Shown here piece by piece: positions 49,431-61,305 of a stretch of 62,000 nucleotides of DNA (the first letter of the stretch is position 1; the number at the start of each line of letters is the position of its first letter). The notes under the pieces were generated by a model. That model saw nothing but the letters and a program-made list of their open reading frames with translations, ran no database searches and was not told the origin of the DNA. A program made the translations under genes and the position numbers. This DNA is from Malacoraja senta (Eukaryota): positions 124,001 through 186,000 of the forward strand of contig JAXLNO010000246.1 in assembly GCA_038087875.1 (NCBI GenBank), written 5' to 3'.

Positions 49431-50405
49431 GCTCCATTAACCATTCTTCAGCCCACTTGTCTCACTGATCACGATCCAGCTGTAATTTTTGATAACTATG
49501 TTCACTGTTTATGATACCAACTAGGTCAATGTCATCTGCAAAGTTTCTAATCATGCCGCACATTTTCATCTAAGTCGCGTATATAAACCACAATCAGCAA
49601 TGGGCCCAGCACTGATCCCTGAGGGACACCTCTAGTCACAGGCCTCCTGTGTGAAAAGCACTTCCACTATCACCCTATGCTTCCATGAACCTAATTCTTT
49701 GTTTAGACAGCTAGTTCTCCCTGAATGCCATGAGCTCTAATCATCCAGAGCAGCCTACCATGCAGAAACTTATCAAAGGCCTTGCTGAAGCCCATATGTA
49801 CATAGTCTATGACCTTATCATGATCAACCTTCTTGGTTACTTTTTCCAAAACTAGTAGATTGGTGAGGCATGATCGCCCACGTCCAAAACCACGCTGACC
49901 AGCCCTTGTCTCTCCAAATGCATATTTACCCCATCTCTCAGAATCCTGTCCAGTAACTTACCTACCGCAGATTGTAGGCTTACTGACTTATAGTTTCTAA
50001 GTTTTGCTCTGCAGTCCTTCTTAAATAGATGCACCACGTTTGCTACCCTCCATTTATCCGGTAGCTCACCCATGTCTAACAATGATTCATTTCTCTCAGT
50101 CAGGGCGCTTGCAATTTCTTCCCTAGCTCCCCACAGTGTCCTCTGATATATCTGATCAGGTCTGGGTGAATTATCTACTTTCATATGTCTTAGGATTTCC
50201 AGCACATCGGCCATAACACGGACTGACCTCCAGACATCTCCATTTCCTGTTGCAAGCTCCCTCATCTTCAAATATTTATCCACAGTAAAAACAGGGGAGA
50301 AATACTCATTGAAGATCTTGCTCATCTCATGCAGCTCCTCACAGAGATGACAGCTTTTATTTTCTGAGTGGATTTATTCTTTATCAAGTTACCCTCATTC
50401 ATTTA
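49430..50405 (-). mobile_element. Older CR1 ORF2 fragment
   Basis: FNEYFSPVFT...KVDNSPRPDQIY.R.L...LPDKWRVANVVHLFKK...NYKSVSL.S.VGKLL. Confidence 0.9.
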
Positions 50406-50409
50406 ATAT

Positions 50410-51480
50410 AGGAACGTAGAAGACTGTAAAAACTTGTGAACACTGCCCAGTCCATCACGGGTTCTAACCTCCCCACCATCGAAGGAAGCTCAAAAAGGCA
50501 GCAAGGATCATCAGAGACCCACACCACCCTGGCCACACACTTATTTCACCCCTGCCATAGGGTAGAAGGTACAGGAGCCTGAAAATTGTAACGTCAGGTT
50601 CAGGAATAACTCTACCCTACAGCCTTTAGGCTATTAAACACTACAGCCTTAAACAAGCTCTTAACTACATAGACTATTATTGTTATTGTTGCACAATTAT
50701 TGTTTGTTTTTTGTGTGTACGTATGAGAGTGTGTGTGTGTATATATATATATATACACACGAATATGATCTCTATATATGTGTATTTGTGAGTATGTGTA
50801 TATATACACACCCAGATATTTGTATTTCTTGTTTCTTATATTGTTTACAGTGTACTATGTTTACATATTCTGTTGTGCTGCTGCAAGTAAGAATGTCATT
50901 GTTCTATCTAGGACATCTCTATATAACTAAAAGTCTTTGGCTTGTTTGTGCCCACGATGTGTCTCTGTGTGTGTCAATCTGGTTAATTCCTATCTTCTTC
51001 CTAATGCTAGGCCACAGCCTTCCTATTTTCACACATCTTACTCACATTTTTTCCAGTGGTGGCGATAAACATCTTCCCGTCACATTTCCACCTATATTTC
51101 CGAAGTTATTAATCGTTAAATTTAAAAAAGTCTGATTTCTTCAAACTCTTCCATTTTGGAAACAAAATCCGATTGACTTCACAATGCACTCGCAAGGCAG
51201 GACAGGGCCACTCCAGGAGGGATGGGCTCTCCAGTGCTCCAATCCTCCCTCCCCCCTCCCCACCCCCCTCCAGTGCACCAATCATGATGGGCTCTCAAGC
51301 TGCCGAGTGCCACACCCCCTGCCCCCCCCCCCACCGGGTTATTCATGATTAAAGTTTTTTTTTAAGCCAAACGGTTTGCGTTGGGGGAACGGGTGAGTGC
51401 TGGAATATTGCGTTGGGGGAGCAGACCCAACGGGTCTGCACTTGGTCTAGTATCACAATAAAACAATATTGACTCTTGAA
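50410..51480 (+). mobile_element. Rex1/Babar LINE 3' end, with the tail interrupted by a Helitron
   Basis: VNTAQSITG..LPTIE...IIRDPHHPGH.L...LP.GRRYRSLK, then a microsatellite-rich tail. Confidence 0.8.
50916..51450 (+). mobile_element. Non-autonomous Helitron (535 bp)
   Basis: 5' TC(TCTATATAACTAAAA), 3' CTAG, hairpin GCAGACCC-aac-GGGTCTGC 11 nt before the end, inserted between host A and T without a TSD. Confidence 0.88.
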
Positions 51481-51693
51481 TGTACATAAAGTATCTTTGG
51501 ATTCTTCTTTGCCAGAGTTGACACCAAAATTGATAAGTATATTAGGTAATGAAAATTGTTGTCTAAGATTACAAAATAATGTTGATCAACCGGAAAGCTA
51601 TGGAGGTGAGGGGATGGGAGGTGAGGGGGGGGGAGGGGGGGGGAGGAATGCCAGTTGAAATCTAACTCAAACAAGTGTGATTTGATGCATTTG

Positions 51694-52540
51694 ATGCCCT
51701 CCTGAAGTGGCGGCGCTGTCGAACAGCAGCGGCATGCCTGCAGTCCGTCTGTTTTTACTTTTTTTCTTGTTTTCTTTTGTCCTGTTTTAGTTAAATTTTA
51801 GTTTATTGGGTTGTCTATGTGTGGGGTGGGGGGTGAAACATGATTTTTGTCTCTTCCTTCGGGGGAATGCGACTTTTTCTTGTCGTATCCCCCTTCTCTG
51901 CCTCCGTCTGCGCCGAGGCCTAATGGCGGAGCTGTCGGCCTCCAACTCCAACTGCGAGCGACCGACCTCGAGGCTCCGGAGGCAGAGCCAGGACTTACCA
52001 GCGCGGGGCTGGCGAACTTCGGGGCTGCGGTGGCGTTCCGGCGGTGGCGACCGAGGACACTGGTGGCAACCCGAGTCCGGAGGCTCGGCCGCGGGCCCGG
52101 TGGACGACATCGTCGGGAGCGCGCAGGTCACAGGTGGGTGACCTGTTTTTCTGGGGCTCCCGCAACTACAGCTGCGTCCGCTGGACTGGAGGCCGGCAGC
52201 TTCGGCAGCTTCGGCCACCCCGGGCCGCGGAGTTTGAACCGGCCCATCGCGGACGGAGCACGGATTCAGCCGCGGGACTGACTTACCATCACCCGGCGGG
52301 GTCACAACGTCAGAAGCCTGGATCGCCTCAGCGCAGAGGGAGAACAAAGCGGGAAGAGACAGAGACTTTAAGACTTTTGCCTCCATCACAGTGAGGAGGT
52401 GCCTGGTGAACTCACTGTGGTGGATGTTAATTTGTGTTTATTGTGTGTTTTGTTATTTATTATTATATGTATGACTGCAGGCAACGAAATTTCGTTCGGA
52501 CCGAAAGGTCTGAATGACAAATAAAGGAATCTCTAAGTTA
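51694..52540 (+). mobile_element. Unclassified CpG-rich non-coding retroelement inserted in a CR1 remnant
   Basis: No credible ORF; 3' hairpin ttcggacc-gaaa-ggtctgaa, then tgacaaataaagg; related to 39853-41315. Confidence 0.7.
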
Positions 52541-53436
52541 TGGGAAGTCAAATCAGGGCTGGCCAAATCTATTGCAGGATTGTAAATGGAGCTGTACCTT
52601 GGTGTACAATTACATAGTTCCCTGAAAATGGCATCATAGTTTGATAGGGTAGTGAAGGGAATATATGTCTGAAGAATCGCCTCGACCCAAAACGTCACCC
52701 ATTCCTTCTCTCCAGAAATATTGCCGCTGAGTCTCTCTAGCTTTTTGTGTCTATCTTCGGTTTAAATTAGCATCTGCTGTTCATTCCTACACAGAGTATA
52801 TGTTATGCCTTGTTTCCTCAGCCATGGTACTGAGGACTAGGGTTGGGGTGTCATGTTACAGTTGTACAGAATGTTGAACAGGCAACCATTAATCTGTCTG
52901 GGGGCTCAGCTGATTTGTTGCACAATAGACTCTAATCCAAGGTCTGAACTCTGAAAAGAAAATCAAGAAATTCAAGTTGCCACTCATCCAGGGACTGAAT
53001 AAGAAAACACATCTTAGTTTTGCTTATCTGGCTTGAGAACTCTTAACTTTGATCTATTTTGCTTCATCAATCACATTATCCCTCTCTCTATCTATCATCT
53101 CTCTCCATCTCACTATATCTCTCTCTCTCTCTCTCTCTATCTCCCTATCTCTCTCCATCTATTTATCTCTCCATCTCTCTTCCCTCAGCTCTATCTCTCC
53201 AAATTGAAATCATTAATCAGTCTGAGAGCACTGTGTGTGACTGAATGACATCAGAGCATCAGTCCCTGAGGCATACCACTGGTCACAGGCTTCCTATGTA
53301 AAAAAAACAACCAACCCTGCACTACCATTCTCTGACTCCTACCACCAAGCCAACTTTGTGTCCAATTGACTAGCTCACCCTGGATCCCTAGTTTTCCAAC
53401 CTAATGGACCAGCCACCCGTGTGGGGCCTTGCTGAA

Positions 53437-53750
53437 GGATGGCATGGTGGCATAGTCGTAAGGCTGCTGCTTTACAGTGCCAGAGACCTGGGTTCAATCC
53501 TGACTACAAGTGCTTTTTTATATGGAGTTTGTACGTTCTCCCCGTGACCTGCGTAGGTTTTCTCCAAGATCTTCGGTTTCCTCCCACACTCCAAAGACGT
53601 ACAGGTTTGTACGTTAATTGGCTTGGTAGAAAAGGTAAAATGACCACTAGTGTGTGTAGGGTAGCGTTAAAATGCGGGGATCGCTGGTCGGTGCAGACAC
53701 GGTGGGCTGTTGGGTCTGTTTCCTCACTGTATCTCTAAACTAAACTAAAC
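53437..53750 (+). mobile_element. tRNA-derived SINE (HE1/V-SINE-like)
   Basis: A/B-box head, V-type core, (taaac)n tail. Confidence 0.9.
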
Positions 53751-53993
53751 ATAGACAACACCTGTCATCCAATCACACACTGGGCAATTTACAAAATTCA
53801 ATTAACCAACCAACTCGCATGTCTTTGAGATATAGGAGGAACGGAGCATTTGGTGGAGATCCACGTCTCATAGGGAGAACAAAAAAATGATACATGTTGT
53901 ACCCGAGATCAGGATTGAATCCAAGTTCCTGTAGCAGAGGGGCACCAATTCTGCCAGTTGTCTCAAATGTACTGCCTTTTAAAAAGGAAATCC

Positions 53994-54310
53994 AAAGCCT
54001 GTCCCACAGTACGAGGTAATTCAAGAGCTCTCCCGAGTTAAAAAAAAAAAAAACTCGTGGTAAGCACGTAGAATGTACATAGCGGGTACGTCGGAGCTCG
54101 GGAAGTCTCCTAGCGGCTTGTAACGCTAACGGTAGGTACTCGGGAAACGCGGTAAGCTCGTGAAGACTCGTGAAGATTTTTCAACATGTTGAAAAAAGTC
54201 CACGAGAGCCCAAAGTACCTACGACCGGCAATTACCGTAATTCTCCGAGTTCGAATCAGGGGAAACTCGGGAGAACTCTTGAATTAGCTCGTACAGTGGG
54301 ACAGGTCCTT
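53994..54310. mobile_element. Palindromic MITE, second copy, inverted relative to 40089-40386
   Basis: gcctgtcccacagtacgag...ctcgtacagtgggacagg. Confidence 0.87.
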
Positions 54311-54354
54311 TAAGCTGTGTCTGCGTTGTCCATGCACACACTCTCAGGGCAGAA

Positions 54355-54661
54355 TTAGTTTAGTTTAGTTTAGAGATACAGCGTGGAAACAGGCCTTTCG
54401 GCCTATCAAGTTTGCGAAGACCAATGATCCCTTTACATTGGCACTATCCTACACACACTAGGTACAAATTACAATTTACAAACTAATTAACCTACAAACC
54501 TGTACGTCTTTGGAGTGTGGGAGGAAACTGGAGCACCCGGAGAAAACCCATGCGTTCACCCAACATACAAACTCCGTGCAGACCGCACCCATAGTCAGGA
54601 TCGAACCCTGGTGTCTGGTGCTATAAGGCAGCAACTCTACCGCTGCGCCACCCTGCGCCCC
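54355..54661 (-). mobile_element. tRNA-derived SINE (HE1/V-SINE-like)
   Basis: Reverse complement of the family at 53437-53750. Confidence 0.9.
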
Positions 54662-55066
54662 TAAGTATAGATATAGGGAAAGATACAGCAGCCTGAAAAC
54701 CGTGACAACCAGATTCAAGAACAGTCTCTTCTAAGCAATCATCAGGCTCTTCAACACCACACAAAACTAACTTCAGCATCTATGATCATCTACGGAATGT
54801 CTTTGAATGTAATATGAATTTAGTTTTTTGCACTATTATGATAGTCCAGTATTACAGTTATTAATTTATTGTTTTATTGCTTGTTTTATATATATCTCTG
54901 TGTTATTGCAGTTACATGCAGGTGAAGCTGCAGCAAGTCAGAATTTTGTTGTTCTATTGTTGATACATATGACAATTAAACAACTCTTACCTCGCATTTG
55001 ATTTTGGGTAAAGCTCACTCCATATTACCCCCACCATACACTCAGGAAAGTACAAAGAACAAGTAC

Positions 55067-56104
55067 ATGTTTAAGAAAGAACTGCAGATGCTGGAAAAAT
55101 CCAAGGTAGACAAAAATGCTGGAGACACTCAGCGGTGAGGCAGCATCTATGGAGCAAAGGAATAGGTGATGTTTTGGGTCGTGACCCTTCTACAGACTGA
55201 TATGGGGGTGGGGGGCGGGAAGAAGAAAGGAAGAGGTGGAGATAGTAGGCTGTGGGAGAGCTTCGAAGGGGAGGGGAAGGAGGGAGAAAGCAAAGACTAC
55301 CTGAAAATGGAGGACAATGTTCATACCGCTGGGGTGTAAACTACCCAAGCGAAGAATGATATGCTGCCCCTCCAATTTGCAGAGGGTCTTACTCTGGCCG
55401 TGGAGGAGACCCAGGACAGAAAGGTCGGATTCTGAATGGGAGGGGGAGTTGGAGTGCTGAGCCACCGGGAGATCAGGTTGGTTAATGCGGACTGAGCGGA
55501 GGTGTTGGGCGAAGCGATCGCCAAGCCTGCGCTTGGTCTCACCGATGTAGAGCAGTTGACACCTAGAGCAGCGGATGCAATAGATGAGGTTGGAGGAGGG
55601 GCAGGTGAACCTCTGCCTCACCTGGAAAGACTGCTTAGATCCTTGGATGGAGTCAAGGGGGGAGATAAAGCGACAAGTGTAGCATTTCCTGCAGTTGCAA
55701 GGGAAAGTGCCAGGGGAGGGGAAGGTTAGGGAACGGGGCTTCTTCTCTTTGACTATAGATGAGGCTCTCACCAGGGTCTCTTCTATAGCTCGTTGCTCCG
55801 CTCTCACTCCCCATCCCCCCACTCGTGACAAGTCCCCCTTGTCCTCTCCTTCCACCCTACCAGCCGTCACATACAACAGATAATCCTCCGACATATTCGC
55901 CACCTCCAACGGGATCCCATCACTGGCCACATCTTCTCATCTTCTCCCCTTTCAGCTTTCTGCAGAGACTTCTCCCTCTGTAACACCCTGGTCAATTTGT
56001 CCCTTCCCACCCAAACCACCCCCTCCCCTGGTACTTTCCCTTGCAACCGCAAGAAATGCTACACTTGTCGCTTTACCTTCCCCCTTGACTCCATCCAAGG
56101 ACCT
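55067..56104. mobile_element. Penelope-like (Neptune-type) element with inverted 5' segment (55067-55722 -, 55726-56104 +)
   Basis: GTFPCNCRKCYTC...NLIYCIRCSRCQLLYIGETKRRLGDRFAQH; about 82-bp inverted overlap at 55639-55721 and 56020-56101. Confidence 0.9.
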
Positions 56105-56571
56105 AGGCATGCCATGCTATCCAAACAGATTAGATATACTATACACAGATATAATCAATTAAAAGGGGAATAATATCGTGCAGCATAATGATCTCAGCAT
56201 TGTAGCGCATCAGTTCCAGTGAGAAAGACCAATGATCTCGGTGGATAGAGGTAAATCATACTTACCATATGTAGATCAGTGCATGTTCCTTTAACTTAGT
56301 GACCTCACCACTACTAACCACTCCCCATTGTCTCTCCTATAATTGTAAGGTCCCCACCTCCAGCCCTCTCTCTAGCTCCAGTGATGACCACGGACAGCTA
56401 TTGCATAGTGTGTGTTAGTGATTTAATAAACCATCAGTAAAAGACTCTGTGTAGGAACCAAGTCATTTTACATGGTGTCACAGTGGTAGACTCGCGTCTC
56501 CTGTTTATCGTTTTTTTCTTTTTATTCTTTGCTTTCTCCCAGTTGTTCACGTCTCCCCCCCCGTTTTCATT

Positions 56572-57840
56572 ATGTCCAATTCCTGTCGTCGACCCGACAT
56601 ATTGGTCTTTGACACGGACATTGTCCACCGCTGGACTGTGTTCCAGCGCGACTTTGAACATTACACAGCCATCGCTCATCCTAATGCCACCCCTGCTGTG
56701 CAGGCTCACCTGCTGCTCACCCTCGCTGGCCCGGAGGCCATGGATCACTATGCTTCATTCGACTTCGCCCCCGGAGAAGACCGTCGGGACCCGGTATGTC
56801 TCATCGATAAATTCACTGCCCTCTGTGATATCCCTACCAATAACATTATTGAACGCTTTAAATTCTTCCAGAGGCGGCAGAATCCCGGCGAGCATATTGA
56901 CGCTTTTATTGCCTCTTTGCGTCATATGGCTCGGCGCTGTCGCCTTGAAACAATCTCCACGGACGAATTGATCAGGGATGTCCTGGTCAATGGTCTCCTG
57001 AACGCTAAGCTGCGTGACGAGCTCCTTATGAAATCTGATTTGACACTAAGGGAGGCTATGCATTCCGCTCGTATGGCCTCTGCTGTTAGCTCCGTGTCTC
57101 AACCGGTGTCCCAGGACATTAACTTTACCGGTGCAGCTGGCCGCCGGCGGAACCCTGGTCCGCCACGACGAAACCCCGCCGCAATGCCCGCTAAGGTCAC
57201 CCCACGCCGTTGCCCCAATTGTAATTTTTCTTTCCACCAATTCAACGTTTGCCCCGCGCAGGGTAAGACTTGTAATTCCTGTGCCAAACTGAACCACTTT
57301 TCGGCGGCTTGTCGGTCCCGTGATAAGCCGGTCCCTGCTCCAAGGAGGAATTTAAACAACCTTGCAGACCCTGATAGCGCGCTTGGTTATCAGTACCAGT
57401 CGGACTTTGATAGGAGCTCCTCCCATGGTGATTCAACAGTGTTTTTGCTTTTGGGTGCACCTGCTACGATAACAGATCCCTCTGTGCATGTTACTGTGAA
57501 TGGTCATTCATTCTCTGCCAAGGTCGATACTGGTGCCTTTGCAAATGTTATGTCTGTCAGCATTTTCAAGCGGATAAGATCTGGGCAGATAGTTACTCCC
57601 GATGACACCCGCCTTCATGTCTATGGGGGAGGAGTTCTAGTTCTAGTGGGGAAGGCCACGCTTATCTGCACAGTCCTTGAGACCTCTCGGCCCCTCACCT
57701 TCCACCTGCTGGATTCTGACAACGTCACCCTGTTGGGCGCCCGTGCGTGCCAGGACCTTGGCTTGGTTTCTTTCCACCGCGGAATTCACCTGGTGCAGGC
57801 CCCACATGGACCCCCTGGGCGAATACCCCGACCGTTTTGA
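56572..57840 (+). CDS. gag: Gag (two CCHC knuckles) plus aspartic protease; frameshifts out near 57800
   Basis: CPNCNFSFHQFNVC and CNSCAKLNHFSAAC; protease motif VDTGA. Confidence 0.9.
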   Translation: MSNSCRRPDILVFDTDIVHRWTVFQRDFEHYTAIAHPNATPAVQAHLLLTLAGPEAMDHYASFDFAPGEDRRDPVCLIDKFTALCDIPTNNIIERFKFFQRRQNPGEHIDAFIASLRHMARRCRLETISTDELIRDVLVNGLLNAKLRDELLMKSDLTLREAMHSARMASAVSSVSQPVSQDINFTGAAGRRRNPGPPRRNPAAMPAKVTPRRCPNCNFSFHQFNVCPAQGKTCNSCAKLNHFSAACRSRDKPVPAPRRNLNNLADPDSALGYQYQSDFDRSSSHGDSTVFLLLGAPATITDPSVHVTVNGHSFSAKVDTGAFANVMSVSIFKRIRSGQIVTPDDTRLHVYGGGVLVLVGKATLICTVLETSRPLTFHLLDSDNVTLLGARACQDLGLVSFHRGIHLVQAPHGPPGRIPRPF

Positions 57841-60330
57841 TGACATTTTGGGCAAATTGCCCTGTGACTATAAAATCGTTGTCGACCCGAGTGTCGACCC
57901 GGTGGTTCGACCGGCCCACCGCGTCTCCTTTGCTATGAAGGGCCACGTGGAATCTACTCTGCGTGATATGGTGACCATGGGCATCCTCAAGGATGTGAGC
58001 GCTCCCACCAGATGGGTCTCAAACATGGTTGTCGCTGCCAAGAAGGATAAGAGCGAGATCCGGATCTGCATTAACCCAAAGGACCTGAACCTGGCCATCA
58101 AGCGCCCGCACTACCCCATGCGGACGGTGGAGGACGTCGCTGCACAGGTCGGTCCTGCCACTGTCTTCTCTGTCTTAGATGCCAAAAGCTCATTTTGGCA
58201 GATCCCTTTAGATGAACGTTCCTCATTCCTGACCACCTTCATCACACCTTTAGGCAGGTTCCGTTTCCTCCGTATGCCGTTTGGGATCAACTCGGCTAGT
58301 GAGATTTTCCAGCGCACCATGGAACAGCTGTTCGCTGGGTTGCCGTGCGCTATCATCGTGGATGACATCCTGGTGTACGGGAGGGACGTCGCTGAGCACG
58401 ACCTGCACCTCCGCAAAGTCCTGGACAGGGCTCGTAAAATCAATCTCAAGCTCAACCCCAAGAAGTGTCGGTTCCGGGTCCCGGAAGTCACTTACGTTGG
58501 TCACGTTTTCACGGCAGGGGGTTTAAAGCCTGACGCCCAGAAAACATCAGCAGTCACCGAGATGCCCGCTCCTACTGACGTTCTCGGCCTGCAGCGCTTC
58601 CTGGGCCTGGTCAATTACCTGGGGAAGTTCGTACCTGACCTCAGCGAACTGAGTGCTCCCATGAGGGAGCTGATCAAGAAGGACTCCGCATGGGTCTGGC
58701 TCCCGCATCACCAGTCGGCGTTCGTGGCTCTGAAGTCCAAGCTCACACACACACCGACTCTCAAGTTCTTCGATCTGCACAGACCAATTGTCCTCACTTG
58801 TGATGCCTCTAAGTTCGGTCTCGGTGCCGCATGTCTGCAGCTTTATGACGGCCTGCAGCTACCTGTCTCCTACGCTTCTCGCACCATGACCCCTGCCGAG
58901 CAACGTTATGCACAGATCGAGAAGGAGCTACTTGCCGTGGTGTTCGCCTGCTCCAAGTTTAGGGATTACATTCTGGGCAACACCTTCACCATTGAGACTG
59001 ACCACCAGCCACTGGTCACTATTCTGAACAAGCCTATCCATGTCGCCTCTTCCCGGTTGCAGCGGATGATGCTGCAGCTCCAGCGTTTCACGTTCCGGAT
59101 TGTGTACCGCAAGGGCAAAGATATGTTTGTGGCCGACACATTGTCCCGTGCGCCGCTCCCTTCAGTTGCCCGCCACCCGTACGAATCCTCTGACCTGATG
59201 GTACTGAATGTTAACATTGTTCCATCCCAGCAGATGCAGTCCCTGGTCAAACACACTGCTGATGATCCTGCCCTGCAACAACTTGCGGACGTTATCCGCC
59301 GTGGTTGGCCTGACCGACGCTCTTCCCTGCCGGCTGGTGCCGTGCCCTACTTCCAGTTCATGATGAACTAGTGCTACATGACGGCGTGGTGGTGAAGGGT
59401 CACAAGGTCGTGGTGCTGGCCGCTCTGCGGGATCACCATTTTCAAACTGCACACAATGGCCACCCCGGGGTGGAGGCCACTTTGTCCCAGGCCCAGAGCC
59501 AATTCTACTGGCCAGGTATGGCTCAGGACATCCGTGACAGGGTCTCCGTTTGCGCTGCCTGTAACAGTCTCCTGCCTCATCAGCAGCGCCAGCCCCTCCT
59601 GCAGCAGCCGGCCCCCGAGCTACCGTGGATGTCTGTTGCCACGGACCTTTTCGAATGGCGTGGCAAGCATTTCCTGGTCCTGGTGGACTCATACTCCAGT
59701 TGGTTTGAGGTGGATTAGCTGCCTTCCTTCACCTCTGCCGCCGTCATCGGGAAGCTTCGCCACCACTTTTGCACCTTCGGACCCCCGGTGACCCTCCAAT
59801 CGGACAACGGCAGCCAGTTCTCCAGCGCCGAGTTCCGTGCCTTCGCTGCCCGTTGGAACTTTCGTCACATCTCCAGCAGCCCTGAGTATCCGCAGAGCAA
59901 CGGCCTTGCCAAGGAGCTGCTGGAACACTGCCGCCTTTCACATTCCGACTTCTACCTTGCCCTCCACAACCTCCGCAACATTTCCCGCGACCCCGCGCTC
60001 GGTTCACCTGCCCAACGCCTCATGTCCCGCACCACTAGACCACCTCTCCCTGTCTCGCAACAGTCCCTCTAACCCTCGGTCCAGAACCCTGCTGCTGTCA
60101 CAGAGCGCATCATCGAGAAGAAAGCCATCCAGAAGCGCTCCTTTGACAAGTCGGCCCGGCCGCTTCCCTGCCTGTTCCCGGGCCAGGTGGTTCGGATGCA
60201 GTCCCCCTCCGGGCACTACAGGCTGGCCGTAGTGGTTGGTAATGCCGGCTCTCCCCGGTCATACCTCGTCGACTATGAGGGCGCTATCTACCGTCGGTCA
60301 CGCCAGCACCTCCTGCTCGTCACCGAGCCT
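57800..60330 (+). pseudogene. pol: Pol (RT, RNase H, integrase), disrupted
   Basis: RT LDAKSSFWQ/RMPFG/IVDDILV; RNase H CDAS/YAQIEKELLA/TDHQPL; integrase H-H-C-C, ATD, QSDNG. Frameshift near 59365 and stops at 59716 and 60070. Confidence 0.92.
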
Positions 60331-61305
60331 CCTCTGCCTCCCGCGGACCCGTTTCAGCCACCTATCCCTTCCATTCTGCCCGAGGCTCCGTCAGCCCCTG
60401 TCACTCCTCGCATGTCGCGGAAACTGCCCTCCCAGCTCTCTATGCCCCACGCTCACAAGCCTCTTTCCCCTGCCTTGCCTGCCAGCATGCCCGTTTCGCC
60501 TCGCTGTTCTCCTCCGTCTCCGGTTCGTTCCCCGCCCGGCACTCCCACCTCTTTCCCTGACTCTGTCCCTTCTGCTCCTGCGGTTGAGGGGGAATGCGGG
60601 TTGCGCACCCGCTCTGGCCGGTTGGTCAAGCCGCCTTCCGTTACGGGGAGCTCGCTTAGCTGTGTTATGACACGATTAACTGTTCCCAGCGCGGTTTGTA
60701 ATCCTAGCGTATGAGCCGTGGTCGCTCTGTATATTGCCATGTTTTTGTTTCCAAGAGGAGGGATGTAGATCAGTGCATGTTCCTTTAACTTAGTGACCTC
60801 ACCACTACTAACCACTCCCCATTGTCTCTCGTATAATTGTAAGGTCCCCACCTCCAGCCCGCTCTCTAGCTCCAGTGATGACCACGGACAGCTATTGCGT
60901 ATAGTGTGTGTTAGTGATATAATAAACCATCAGTAAAAGACTCTGTGTAGGAACCAAGTCATTTTACACCATAACCTACAGAAAAACTGCTCAGAAGCCA
61001 GATAACAGAGGGGAAGAAGCTGTCGCTGAGGCTGGCGGTACGTGCCTTCAATCTTCTGCACCTTCTGCCAGACGGGAGCCAAACCTATCCATGCCTTTCA
61101 TAATTTTACATACTTCTATCAGGGCTCCCCTCAACTAATTGGAGCAGGGAACCAATGTAAGGACTCAGTTTTGGAAATGATACAAAAATAGATGAAATGG
61201 CACGGTTTAATGAGGAAAGAATGATTTTACAACAGGATATAGAAAGCTTGAGTGATTAGTCAAAACCTGGCTAATGTGTTTAATGTGGGAAACTGTGAGG
61301 TCATG

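Larger units (their letters stand above)
56270..60968 (+). mobile_element. Full-length Gypsy/Ty3 LTR retrotransposon, Mag-like
   Basis: LTRs 56270-56472 and 60764-60968 (TG...CA), TSD CCATA, PBS TGGTGTCACAGTGG at 56473 (tRNA-Leu-like), PPT AAGAGGAGGGA at 60753-60763, domain order gag-PR-RT-RH-INT. Confidence 0.97.

Noticed and set aside
51787..52394. Overlapping 110-200 aa ORFs in the GC-rich element
   Set aside because: GC-driven lack of stops on both strands; no motif, and not conserved in the related copy.
56434..60851. Antisense and alternate-frame ORFs within the Gypsy element, including a possible env-like 3' ORF
   Set aside because: These are shadow frames of gag-pol; 60187-60714 is the integrase C-terminus and Pro-rich tail, with no signal peptide or TM segment.
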